From the NCBI GenBank assembly GCA_030604405.1, contig JAUVVY010000019.1:8138-72137 (forward strand): a stretch of DNA of 64,000 bases. Reading direction: 5' to 3'. Position 1 is the first letter of the stretch, and each line of letters opens with the position of its first letter. The notes beneath the pieces are model-generated. The model ran no database searches and was not told the DNA's origin. It saw only the letters and a list, made by a program, of their open reading frames with translations. Made by a program: the position numbers and the translations under genes. Source of the stretch: a bacterium. GTDB lineage: Bacteria > Armatimonadota > Zipacnadia > Zipacnadales > UBA11051. This document shows, one piece after another, positions 1-8,507 of the stretch.

Positions 1-527
1 CTGTTACAGCACTTCTTGTCGTCCCACTCATCGCCCCAGGGATACTTGCGGCCCTCCGGCCCGGCCGCCGCGTACTCCCACTCCGCCTCCGTCGGCAGCC
101 GCAGCCCATAGTGCTCACAATAAGCAACGGCATCTTCCCAGCTTACATATACTACCGGATGGTCATCTCCCTGGTCGCTTTCCGATGGGAATTCGCGGTC
201 CGTCGCCTCGCAGAACTTGCGGTACTGGGCATTGGTCACCTCACACCTACCCAGCCAAAAGCCTTTGGTAATCTTCACCAGATGCGCAGGCTTCTCGTCA
301 TCTTCTGCATCATCATCGTCGCATCCCATCATGAATTCTCCCGGCGGCACCCATACCATCGTCCCGCCATCGGGGCCGATAATGTCTTCAGCGGCAGTCG
401 TGCCGGGCCGCTGCCACGGATTGCCACTTTCCCCTGTCTCAGGGGCGATCTCCTGCACAGGTTGCCTTTGGCAAGATGTGATGCAAGACGCGAAGCCCAC
501 TGTCAGGCAAACCAGGATAGGTCTCAT
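1..527 (-). CDS. Formylglycine-generating enzyme (FGE-sulfatase/SUMF1) domain protein, probably exported; 3' end runs off the window
   Basis: Not in the ORF track; manual minus-strand translation from ATG 527 (RBS AGGAGG): MRPILVCLTVGFASCITSC...MVWVPPGEFMMG...HPVVYVSWEDAVAYC...LRLPTEAEWEYAA...YPWG, hallmark FGE motifs. Confidence 0.9.
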   Translation of the reverse strand, partial: MRPILVCLTVGFASCITSCQRQPVQEIAPETGESGNPWQRPGTTAAEDIIGPDGGTMVWVPPGEFMMGCDDDDAEDDEKPAHLVKITKGFWLGRCEVTNAQYRKFCEATDREFPSESDQGDDHPVVYVSWEDAVAYCEHYGLRLPTEAEWEYAAAGPEGRKYPWGDEWDDKKCCN

Positions 528-774
528 CTAGATCGCCTCCTGGATTGAATACGTTCGTCCGGCTAGATGATTTCTGCAAGAGCTATGGGATTACCTGCAA
601 TGTGGGGTGTTGGCAGCAAATCCGGGGCCGCGAGTAGGCCGGAACTATGATAGAACTTTTGCAATAGAAATGAGCAGAAATGCGAAAAACGCAACTAAAC
701 AAGGATTCGGTTGAATGGGAGAAGAACAATAGGGCAACAAGTATTTTGCGGCTGGCAGTGAGGGGAAGTCACGT

Positions 775-1707
775 ATGCAAGCGCGCTGGGGGCGAAGCAG
801 GTCTCCCGTGGAATCTGACCCGCTGTCGCGTGTTGTCACAGAGCGATGGCGTCGGCCCGGAAGCCTTATGGGGCTTTGCCTGTGGCGCGTTTTGCTCGTT
901 GTCGGTATCTCAAGCGCGTTGCCGGTCTGGGCGCAAAACGGTTCCGGAGCCAGGCGGCCAAGCGGCGTAGTCCCCGACATGTTCAGGCTTTCTCCCGCCA
1001 TTCCCGGAACCTCAGAATATGAAATGCGGCAGAGGGCCTCTGAGTTGGAGGCCGTGCTGGCCGACCTGGATGCGATCGTCTCGGCGCGAGTAAGCCTGCG
1101 GCAGGCAACCGGTGAGGGCGAGGCACCTGCAGCCGCCGTGCAACTCGAACTTACCGCGGACGCAGCGTGGTCGGCGCAACTTTCGCAGACCGTTGTGGCC
1201 CTTGTCAGTCAGCTTGAGCCGGAACTAACCCTGGAAGCAATCCTCATCACAGACAGACAAGGGCGCGTTCTGTTTGACAAGGGCCGCATTGCCACGGCTC
1301 CCGATCCCGCGCCGCAACCCCAGCCGACGGCGCTGGTACAGACGCTATCGGGGCCGGTGGCAATTGCCGTGGGCCTGGCACTGGGCCTGGTCGTCGTGCT
1401 TGGTTGGTGGTTGTTCGGAGCCAGGCCGGCTTTACGGGTGCGTGGACAGCCGTCGGCCCCGGAGGGCCCGTGGACATTCCTCGCCACTGTCGAACGCTCT
1501 AAGCTCAAGCGCGTGCTGAGGGCGCAGCGTCCCGAGCTTATCGGTGCGATCGCGGCTCAACTCGATGACCGCACCGCCGCACGCCTGCGGCCGGTGCTGA
1601 GAGCTCTTGACCATACGGCGATACCCGCGCCGGATCGGGCGATACACCCTGAAATAGCAGACGCCTTGGCAGTCAAAATCAGGCAGATGCTTGCGGAAGA
1701 GGAATAG
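775..1707 (+). CDS. Miniature FliF/SctJ-type ring-building domain + TM helix + FliG middle-domain fusion protein
   Basis: N-terminal hydrophobic/signal segment; ELEAVLADLDAIVSARVSL...PAAAVQLEL...VVALVSQLEPELTLEAILITDRQGRVL matches RBM2; TM VAIAVGLALGLVVVLGWWLF; PWTFLATVERSKLKRVLRAQRPELIGAIAAQL...IHPE matches FliG-M; occupies the fliF-fliG position before fliH. Confidence 0.75.
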   Translation: MQARWGRSRSPVESDPLSRVVTERWRRPGSLMGLCLWRVLLVVGISSALPVWAQNGSGARRPSGVVPDMFRLSPAIPGTSEYEMRQRASELEAVLADLDAIVSARVSLRQATGEGEAPAAAVQLELTADAAWSAQLSQTVVALVSQLEPELTLEAILITDRQGRVLFDKGRIATAPDPAPQPQPTALVQTLSGPVAIAVGLALGLVVVLGWWLFGARPALRVRGQPSAPEGPWTFLATVERSKLKRVLRAQRPELIGAIAAQLDDRTAARLRPVLRALDHTAIPAPDRAIHPEIADALAVKIRQMLAEEE

Positions 1708-1725
1708 TAGGTAAGAAGAGGGGGG

Positions 1726-2343
1726 TTGCAATTGCCTCGTGTTTTCAAGGCCGATGAACTACCCGAAGGCGGTCGCATCAGGCCCTTAGGAAAAACGTTG
1801 ACGGAAGCGACCAAGGAGCCGGAAGCGAGAACGCAAGCGGAGCCGCAGCCTGCCGAGCCGGCAGTAGAAGCGGCACGAGTAGAGCCACATCCCCCGCAGG
1901 TGTCGGCGGATAGCCTCGAGCGCGTCCAGCGCCTCCTACACGAAGTTGTCGCCAGCTTCGGCCGGCAGCGTAATCAACTGCTCCAGCAGCTCAAACCTGG
2001 GCTGGCGAAGCTGGTAATCGCCGTGGCGCGGCAGATCGTAGGGCGCGAACTGAGCGCCGATGAAGACGCGATCAAGCGGGTGATGGACACTGCGCTTGCG
2101 GAGCTGGGTCGCTCGGGCCGCGTCGTCGCCCGGGTCAGCCCGGAAGATGCGCCGGTTCTGCGCGAAGCGATCGAGCAGGATCAGTGGGCGCCGCCGCCGA
2201 TGGTCGAACTCGAAATCGTCGCCGATGCCTCCGTGACCAGAGGCGGGTGTGTGCTGGAAAGCGATTACGGGCAGGTTGATGCGACTATTGAGACGCAGAT
2301 CGCTGAACTGGCCAGGCTTTTGGACAATAGCGAAAACCAATAG
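1726..2343 (+). CDS. fliH: Flagellar/T3SS ATPase stator FliH/SctL (start TTG 1726 or 1732)
   Basis: C-terminal VARVSPED...IVADASVTRGGCVLESDYGQVDATIETQ; directly upstream of fliI. Confidence 0.9.
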   Translation: MQLPRVFKADELPEGGRIRPLGKTLTEATKEPEARTQAEPQPAEPAVEAARVEPHPPQVSADSLERVQRLLHEVVASFGRQRNQLLQQLKPGLAKLVIAVARQIVGRELSADEDAIKRVMDTALAELGRSGRVVARVSPEDAPVLREAIEQDQWAPPPMVELEIVADASVTRGGCVLESDYGQVDATIETQIAELARLLDNSENQ

Positions 2344-2358
2344 ACTTAGGGGATCAAG

Positions 2359-3729
2359 TTGAGCGCGCGGCGCGACACGACAGTTGAGATTGACTTCGGC
2401 AACTGGCTGGCGGAGCGGACGGCCAAGGTGCAACAGGGCCGGCACTTTCGCAGGCTGGGCACCGTGCAGGAGATCGTCGGCTTGACCATGGTCTCTCAGG
2501 GGCCACCGGCGCAGGTGGGGGAGACCTGCTATATCAAGCCGGCGATGGACCGGCCCACCGTCTGCGCGCAGGTGGTCGGGTTCCGCGACAGCCGGGTGCT
2601 GCTAATGCCGTTGGGCGACACCCGTGGCATCCAGCCCGGCTGCGAGGTAGTGGCAAGCGGCGAGCAGCTCTCCGTGCCGGTCGGGCCGGAGTTGCTGGGC
2701 CGCGTCATCGACGGGTTTGGCGCACCGCTGGACGGACGTGGTCCGCTGGATGCCGCGCGTCGCCGCAGGATATATGCCGATGCGCCGCGGCCGATGGAGA
2801 GGACCAGGATGACGCAGCCGATGTATCTTGGCGTCCGCGCCATTGATGCTTTGCTGACCTGCGCCAAGGGCCAGCGGGTGGGTATCTTTGCGGGCAGCGG
2901 CCTGGGCAAGAGCGTGCTGCTGGGGATGATCGCGCGCAACAGCAGCGCCGATGTCAATGTTATCGCGCTGGTGGGCGAACGCGGCCGGGAGGTGCTGGAC
3001 TTCGTCGAAGATAAAATGGGCCCGGCGCTGGAGCGTTCGGTCGTAGTGGTCGCGACCGCCGACGAGCCCGCTCTGATCCGCTTGCAGGCCGGTTTTGCCG
3101 CCACAACAATAGCCGAGGAATTCCGCGACCAGGGCGCTCATGTGATGCTGATGATGGATTCTATTACCCGGCTGGCGCGGGCGCAGCGGGAAGTGGGGCT
3201 GGCCGCGGGCGAGGTTCCGGCCAATCGCGGCTTCCCGCCTTCGGTTTACGCGATGATACCGACCCTGGTGGAGCGGGCCGGGCCGTCAGCAGACGGGACC
3301 ATCACAGGCATGTACACGGTGCTGGTCGAGGGCGATGACATGCTTGAGCCGGTGGCTGATACGGTGCGCGCCACTCTCGACGGCCATATCGTGCTGTCGC
3401 GGGACCTGGCTGAAAAGGGCCGGTATCCTGCCATAGATGTCAATGCGAGCATCTCGCGCTCGATGGTGCAGGTGGTGGACGAAGCGCACTGGGAGCTGAG
3501 TGAAACGGCGCGCCGGCTGCTGCGGACATACGCCGACATCGAGGACCTGGTTGCCGTCGGCGCCTACGAGGCAGGCGGCGACCCCTGGGTGGATGTGGCC
3601 GTGGCCATCAACCCGCAGATGCGGGAATTCCTGAGCCAGGGCATTGAGGAACAGGCTGACCCGGTTGATGCGCTGACGCGTCTGCAGCAACTGATTAGGG
3701 CCGCCGAAGAAATTATCGGCGGCAGGTGA
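2359..3729 (+). CDS. fliI: Type III export ATPase FliI/SctN
   Basis: Walker A GIFAGSGLGKS, VGERGREV, Walker B LMMDSITR, LDGHIVLSR, YPAIDV. Confidence 0.97.
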   Translation: MSARRDTTVEIDFGNWLAERTAKVQQGRHFRRLGTVQEIVGLTMVSQGPPAQVGETCYIKPAMDRPTVCAQVVGFRDSRVLLMPLGDTRGIQPGCEVVASGEQLSVPVGPELLGRVIDGFGAPLDGRGPLDAARRRRIYADAPRPMERTRMTQPMYLGVRAIDALLTCAKGQRVGIFAGSGLGKSVLLGMIARNSSADVNVIALVGERGREVLDFVEDKMGPALERSVVVVATADEPALIRLQAGFAATTIAEEFRDQGAHVMLMMDSITRLARAQREVGLAAGEVPANRGFPPSVYAMIPTLVERAGPSADGTITGMYTVLVEGDDMLEPVADTVRATLDGHIVLSRDLAEKGRYPAIDVNASISRSMVQVVDEAHWELSETARRLLRTYADIEDLVAVGAYEAGGDPWVDVAVAINPQMREFLSQGIEEQADPVDALTRLQQLIRAAEEIIGGR

Positions 3730-3736
3730 TGAGCTC

Positions 3737-4177
3737 TTGAAAGAAGCCAGCAGGCTTGCGCGTCTGGCCAGACACTTCGCGATGGAGCACAAGCGGCTTG
3801 AGCTCGCAAAGCGGGCCTCTGAGACGGCCATGCGCCGGGTACAAGCGCGTCAGAGACGCTTGGCCGCCGAGCAGACCACGGCTGCGGAGGCCGAGCCGCC
3901 GCGCAGAAACGCCGTGGCATGGATTAGGTGGCGCGGAGCCTACCTGGACAGGACAGGCAATCAGAGCAAACGGCTTGCCGCCAGCCAGGAGCAGCTCAGG
4001 ATCGCCCTGGCGCTGCAGAACAGACGCCTGGTGCGAAGCTCGGGCCGCCAGCGCGGAATAGAAAAGCTGCTGGCTGCTGCGCACAGCGCCGAGCAAGGAC
4101 GCGTCGAAAGTATGCAGCAGGCTGAGGCCGACCAGCGCGCCGGCATATCGCGCCTCGGAAGAGACGATGTGATATGA
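3737..4177 (+). CDS. fliJ: FliJ/SctO-like coiled-coil stalk protein
   Basis: 146 aa, helical, directly after fliI; C-terminal EQGRVESMQQAEADQRA resembles the FliJ EQxxxDE motif. Confidence 0.65.
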   Translation: MKEASRLARLARHFAMEHKRLELAKRASETAMRRVQARQRRLAAEQTTAAEAEPPRRNAVAWIRWRGAYLDRTGNQSKRLAASQEQLRIALALQNRRLVRSSGRQRGIEKLLAAAHSAEQGRVESMQQAEADQRAGISRLGRDDVI

Positions 4178-5037
4178 AACAGACAACTGAGACTGTGCGG
4201 CCGCTTGCGATGCCACGCGCCGACGCGCCCGGACATCTGGACCGGCTAGTTCTGCAGCGCTGGGCCGAGCGCATGGCCGCAGCATGTGGGCCCGAGCTTG
4301 CACAAAGAGCCGCCCTTCCCGCCCGCCAAATCAACTGCACAGCCAGCGTCCTGCCCAGCGGCGAGCAGTGGCAGCACCCGCCCGACGCAGCATGGCTGGC
4401 GGTGCAGTGGGGTCCGGTTCCCGGCCGGATCGCCATCCCAATGCCACTGGCGGTCTCTCTGGTGGCGCGGTGCCTGGGATATGATAGCTGCTCTGAACAG
4501 CCGCTTGCTGCCCTCGATTACGAGGTGCTCATCGTGTGGCTGCGGCCGGTGCTGAACTGGATGCAGGAGACGGCCAACCTGCGTGACCGCGCGACACTGA
4601 GCGCTGCCGAAGCCGACCTCGAAACACTTGGCAGCGGGCCGGCGGTGCTGTTGAGCATTTCCATGACCGTGGGAGCCGTCCGGGGGACGTGGCAGTTGGT
4701 AGTGCCGTGGGAGGCACTGCGCGAGCAACTGCGCGTCGAGGCCGCGCTGCGTGGAGGTCGGGTGAGAGCGGAGGTGGCGGCTCTGGGCGGCCTGCCAGTG
4801 ACTGTCGAGGCGATCATCAGCGGCGGCACGCTGGCGCTTCGTGAGAGCTTTGAACTGGAAGTGGGTGATGTGATAGCTCTCGATTGTGACCTGACCACCG
4901 CCGTAGAACTGCGGGTCGGCAGTCAAGCCGTGGCGGTGGGCAGACTGGGAAGCCATGAGGCGCAATGGGCCGTGCGTATAAGCGAGATGCAATGGCGTAC
5001 AAGTGCCCGGAGCACTGAGGAGGCAAGCAATGACTGA
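4174..5037 (+). CDS. fliM: FliM/SctQ-like C-ring protein with C-terminal SPOA domain
   Basis: C-terminal VTVEAIISGGTLALRESFELEVGDVIALD...GRLG...AVRI is SPOA-like; middle CheC-like region; precedes fliN. Confidence 0.8.
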   Translation: MKQTTETVRPLAMPRADAPGHLDRLVLQRWAERMAAACGPELAQRAALPARQINCTASVLPSGEQWQHPPDAAWLAVQWGPVPGRIAIPMPLAVSLVARCLGYDSCSEQPLAALDYEVLIVWLRPVLNWMQETANLRDRATLSAAEADLETLGSGPAVLLSISMTVGAVRGTWQLVVPWEALREQLRVEAALRGGRVRAEVAALGGLPVTVEAIISGGTLALRESFELEVGDVIALDCDLTTAVELRVGSQAVAVGRLGSHEAQWAVRISEMQWRTSARSTEEASND

Positions 5038-5359
5038 CGAAAACGATCCCAACGAGGGAGCGAGTGGCAGTGAGGGTGCCGACAGTGAAAGCAGTGCGCT
5101 GAGTTCTGTGGTGCTGGCGGCTCTGGGCGATATGTCGCTTGCGGTGGAGGTGCGCGTAGGTAGTGCGAAGATCAGCCTGCGGGAGCTCCTGGACTGCACG
5201 CCGGGGACAGTCCTGGCGCTTGACGCTCCCGTCGGGGGACTGGTTGACCTGCTGGTTGGCGGTCAGCTTGTGGCACGCGGCGAGTTGGTCGCAATCGACT
5301 CGCAGGTTGGGCTGCGGATCGTAGAGATCGTCACGGAGGGCGGCAGCAATGAGGCCTAA
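5030..5359 (+). CDS. fliN: FliN (SPOA domain) C-ring protein
   Basis: DMSLAVEVRVGSAKISLRELLDCTPGTVLALD...VDLLVGGQLVARGELVAIDSQVGLRIVEI; ATG 5030 with GGAGG RBS. Confidence 0.92.
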   Translation: MTDENDPNEGASGSEGADSESSALSSVVLAALGDMSLAVEVRVGSAKISLRELLDCTPGTVLALDAPVGGLVDLLVGGQLVARGELVAIDSQVGLRIVEIVTEGGSNEA

Positions 5360-5720
5360 AACCCACACAGTCATCATTTTGCTGCTCAGTGCAGCGCCCG
5401 CCTGGTGCCAAGTTGACACGCCGCTGTCCGCCCACGAGCCGACCTACCATCTGCTCCGCGCGCTGGCCAGTCTGCTGATCGTCATCGTCTTGATTCTTCT
5501 CACCTACTATGCTCTGAAGAAGCTGTCGTGGCCTGCGCCCGGCGCGCTCACCGAAGGGCCGCTTGAACTGCTGCAGGTTTTGCCCGTGGGGCCGGGCCGG
5601 CGCATCTATCTAATCGGCCTGAAGGGGCGCGCCTACGTCATCGCATGGTCACAGGAAAGTGTCGCGCTTATAGGCGAATTGGAAAGGTCAGAGGTTGATG
5701 AGCAGCTCCCTGACGGCTAA
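5349..5720 (+). CDS. fliO: FliO export gate assembly protein
   Basis: Signal + single TM followed by LELLQVLPVGPGRRIYLIGL...IGEL; between fliN and fliP. Confidence 0.85.
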   Translation: MRPKTHTVIILLLSAAPAWCQVDTPLSAHEPTYHLLRALASLLIVIVLILLTYYALKKLSWPAPGALTEGPLELLQVLPVGPGRRIYLIGLKGRAYVIAWSQESVALIGELERSEVDEQLPDG

Positions 5721-6441
5721 GGCGCGGGTGCTACAGGGCGCACTTCTGACTGCGGCCTGTGGGCTGCTTGCCCAGCCAGTAGCGGCCCAGGAAGGGATCA
5801 GCATTGATTTCGGGTCCGGGGAGTCGGGAAGCTACGCGCGACTGCTCTTGCTGTTTGCCGCCATCGCGCTGGCCCCGGCGGTGCTGGCCGTCGTCACCAG
5901 CTTCGCCCGCATCGCGATCGTCCTTTTCTTTATGCGCGCCGGCCTCGGGGCCAACGACATCCCGCCGACCGTGGTGATTATTGGCCTGGCCATTTTCCTC
6001 ACCGTCTTCACCATGGCTCCGCAGATGGAGCAAGCCTATTCCAAGGCGATCGCCCCTTATCTGGCCGGCGAGTTGGAGCTGGATGGGGCCAGCAGCATCT
6101 TTGTGGAAGAACTGCGGGGGTACATGGGCGCGCACACTCGCCCGGCTGATTTGGCCGTGTTCGAGGAATTCAGGCCGGAGCGGGCTGCGGATCAGGCAGT
6201 GCCGATGGGCACGCTCGTGCCCGCCTTCATCATCAGCGAGCTACGCGCCGCCTTCCTGATCGGCTTTATCATCTACCTGCCGTTTCTGGTCATAGACCTG
6301 GTGGTGGGCAGCACGCTGGCGTCAGTGGGATTGGTCAGCTTGCCCGCGCCGGCCATCGCTTTGCCGTTCAAGGTGCTGCTTTTCGTGATGGTGGACGGCT
6401 GGGCGCTGCTGACGCAGTCGCTGCTGGCGACGATACTCTAG
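5698..6441 (+). CDS. fliP: Export gate protein FliP/SctR
   Basis: VTSFARIAIV, IPP, LVPAFIISELRAAFLIGFIIYLPFLVIDLVV, LPFKVLLFVMVDGW. Confidence 0.95.
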   Translation: MSSSLTAKARVLQGALLTAACGLLAQPVAAQEGISIDFGSGESGSYARLLLLFAAIALAPAVLAVVTSFARIAIVLFFMRAGLGANDIPPTVVIIGLAIFLTVFTMAPQMEQAYSKAIAPYLAGELELDGASSIFVEELRGYMGAHTRPADLAVFEEFRPERAADQAVPMGTLVPAFIISELRAAFLIGFIIYLPFLVIDLVVGSTLASVGLVSLPAPAIALPFKVLLFVMVDGWALLTQSLLATIL

Positions 6442-7274
6442 GGTATGTAGTCCATGACAATGTGGAATCGCAGCAGGCTACCGGCCAGCCGGAATTCGAG
6501 GTCTATATCTTTCATGACCGGCCCATGATTCGCGGCCACATCGGTATTGACTGTCCCAGTGCATGCGCCCTGTTCGCCCTGAAAGTTAATCGTGGCCTGC
6601 ATAGTCTGTACGCAGGTCACCCACTCAACGTCCGTACCGGTGCCTGCAATGTTTTCAGGGAGCCGGTACTGTACCTTGAAGTTTGTCGTAGTGCCACTGA
6701 GCGTGTCGTTGTTGGAGTAAAACGGTATCGTGGTCAGCGGCACGGAATGAGTCGCTGCACGGCCGGTAATTACGGGATTGCGCAAGAATGGTCGGTTGTC
6801 GGACACCGGTGTGGGTATGGCCGTGGGCGGGCCTGAGGCTGTTCGTACTGTGTGGTTGGCAATGCCGTCGCCATCAGTGTCATAGGAAGCGAAGTATTCG
6901 TTCCAATCGCGTAGGCCGCCTTGAGTAGATGAGAACAGATAACCGAGGTATTGACCCAGCCGAGAGGCGGGGTCCAAGCCAACATCCGGCACCGCAATTT
7001 CGGGGAAGTCGTCTGTTATGGTCGCGATCTGGATCAGACTGCCGCCGGTGCCCGGAACGACATCAGTCACCTGGCGGGTGGATTGCTCGCTCGCGGTGAC
7101 AGTCTGGTTCCCATAGTAAGTCGTGACATCCATTTGATAATTCCATCGGGTGCCTAGTGCCGTCGGCAAGAAATCGCCCTCCAGGCTGTGGTATGGAATG
7201 CCCCGTCCGCCACAGCCGCTAAGTGCAACTATTGCAATGATGGCACACAAGATCAAAATGGTCGCAGCACGCAT
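6438..7274 (-). CDS. Hypothetical lipoprotein inserted antisense between fliP and fliQ
   Basis: Signal peptide with lipobox LSGC; RBS AGGAGG; beta-rich polar mature part; own promoter. Confidence 0.8.
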   Translation of the reverse strand: MRAATILILCAIIAIVALSGCGGRGIPYHSLEGDFLPTALGTRWNYQMDVTTYYGNQTVTASEQSTRQVTDVVPGTGGSLIQIATITDDFPEIAVPDVGLDPASRLGQYLGYLFSSTQGGLRDWNEYFASYDTDGDGIANHTVRTASGPPTAIPTPVSDNRPFLRNPVITGRAATHSVPLTTIPFYSNNDTLSGTTTNFKVQYRLPENIAGTGTDVEWVTCVQTMQATINFQGEQGACTGTVNTDVAANHGPVMKDIDLEFRLAGSLLRFHIVMDYIP

Positions 7275-7326
7275 GGCGACCTCCTAATAAGAAACAAGTT
7301 GCTGCCCACTGGTGGTGACTGTTACA

Positions 7327-7355
7327 ATTATGGCACATGGGGGAATAATCGTCAA
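7327..7355 (-). promoter_or_regulatory. Putative sigma70 promoter for the lipoprotein gene
   Basis: Minus strand TTGACG-N17-CATAAT. Confidence 0.6.
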
Positions 7356-7414
7356 CTTGCATGACCCGTGTCGGCCCATATCCCGGCAGCATTTCGGGAG
7401 GGAGTTGATGCGTC

Positions 7415-7684
7415 ACGAACGCTACCGAAGCGGTTGAGTTGTTGCGCCACGTGTTGTTGATCGGGCTCTATCTGTCTTTGCCGCCTATGGTGGCGGCGGC
7501 GCTGGCGGGATTTGCCGTGGGACTGCTGCAGTCGGCTACCGGTCAAAACGACCAGGCCGTGTCTTTCGTTCCGCGCATCCTGGCCGCCGGTGCCGCTGTC
7601 ATGGTCTTCGGTATGTGGTTAATCTCTCTGGCTACCGACTTCTGGTACAGATTGTGGACCAGCCTGCCTGAACTGGTGCGATAG
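7415..7684 (+). CDS. fliQ: Export gate protein FliQ/SctS (start uncertain: ACG 7415 or TTG 7439)
   Basis: LSLPPMVAAALAGFAVGLLQSATGQNDQAVSFVPRI resembles FliQ QAxTQIQEQTLxFVPK; precedes fliR. Confidence 0.88.
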   Translation, partial: TNATEAVELLRHVLLIGLYLSLPPMVAAALAGFAVGLLQSATGQNDQAVSFVPRILAAGAAVMVFGMWLISLATDFWYRLWTSLPELVR

Positions 7685-7696
7685 GGCTAATTCGCT

Positions 7697-8434
7697 ATGC
7701 CACAGCTATTTGACGCAGTGCCACTTTGGGGACTTGTATTTGCCCGCGTCGCCGGCATCGCCCTGTTGGTCCCACCGATCGGCTTGCAGCATGTGCCGAT
7801 TACTATCAGGATTGCCGCCGCCGGCATCATATCCGTGCCGCTCTACTACACCGCGGGCGGCTTGGAGGCAGCCGTCCCGGGCTTGGGCACCTACACGCTA
7901 TGGGTGGCAAAGAACCTGGCAGTCGGTCTGATAATCGGCGGGGCGGTAGCTTTGGTCTTGTGGGCCGCCGTGATGGCCGGCACGTATCTGGAGAGGCTGG
8001 CCGGCTGGTCGTCGCCAACGCCCCAGGCAGGCATCGCCAGCTCACTGTTGTATCTGCTCTGCGCGGTTCTTTTTGTGCTAATAGACGGCCACCACGCCGT
8101 ATTTCGGGTCGTGGCAGCCTCATTTGAGAGCGTCCCACCCGGGCCGGGGTCATGGGCCGCATTGGCCGAGCGAGCCCTGCTGCTGTTGCCTGCGAGGATG
8201 TTCCTCGTGTCATTGATGATCGCCGCGCCAGCGTTGCTAGCCGCCTTGTTGGCGATGACGCTGCTAGCCGCGGCGGAGCGGGTGTCGCTGGAGCTGGCGG
8301 CGAGCGGAATCAGCCGCATCACAGCGCCGCTGTTGGTAACCGTCGCGCTGATCGCCGCTCTGCCGGCAGTAGCTTATGTCGCGCTCTGGCAACTGCAGGT
8401 GATGTTGAATCAGGTCGCGGCCCTGCTGGGTTAG
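7697..8434 (+). CDS. fliR: Export gate protein FliR/SctT
   Basis: LVFARVAG...PP...VP..IRI, AG...DGHHAV...SFE..PPG, L.IAAP; about 245 aa, hydrophobic. Confidence 0.9.
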   Translation: MPQLFDAVPLWGLVFARVAGIALLVPPIGLQHVPITIRIAAAGIISVPLYYTAGGLEAAVPGLGTYTLWVAKNLAVGLIIGGAVALVLWAAVMAGTYLERLAGWSSPTPQAGIASSLLYLLCAVLFVLIDGHHAVFRVVAASFESVPPGPGSWAALAERALLLLPARMFLVSLMIAAPALLAALLAMTLLAAAERVSLELAASGISRITAPLLVTVALIAALPAVAYVALWQLQVMLNQVAALLG

Positions 8435-8507
8435 CAGGGCGGCCGTGTGTGGTGCGGTCGGCGTTGCAGGCCGAACACTTTCGTCGCACTTCGTAACGAG
8501 GCCGATT

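Noticed and set aside
111-548. Plus-strand ORFs 111..548 and 217..531
   Set aside because: Antisense shadows of the minus-strand FGE-domain gene
690-740. Sigma28 promoter upstream of the export cluster (TAAA near 696)
   Set aside because: No GCCGATAA-like -10 at the proper spacing
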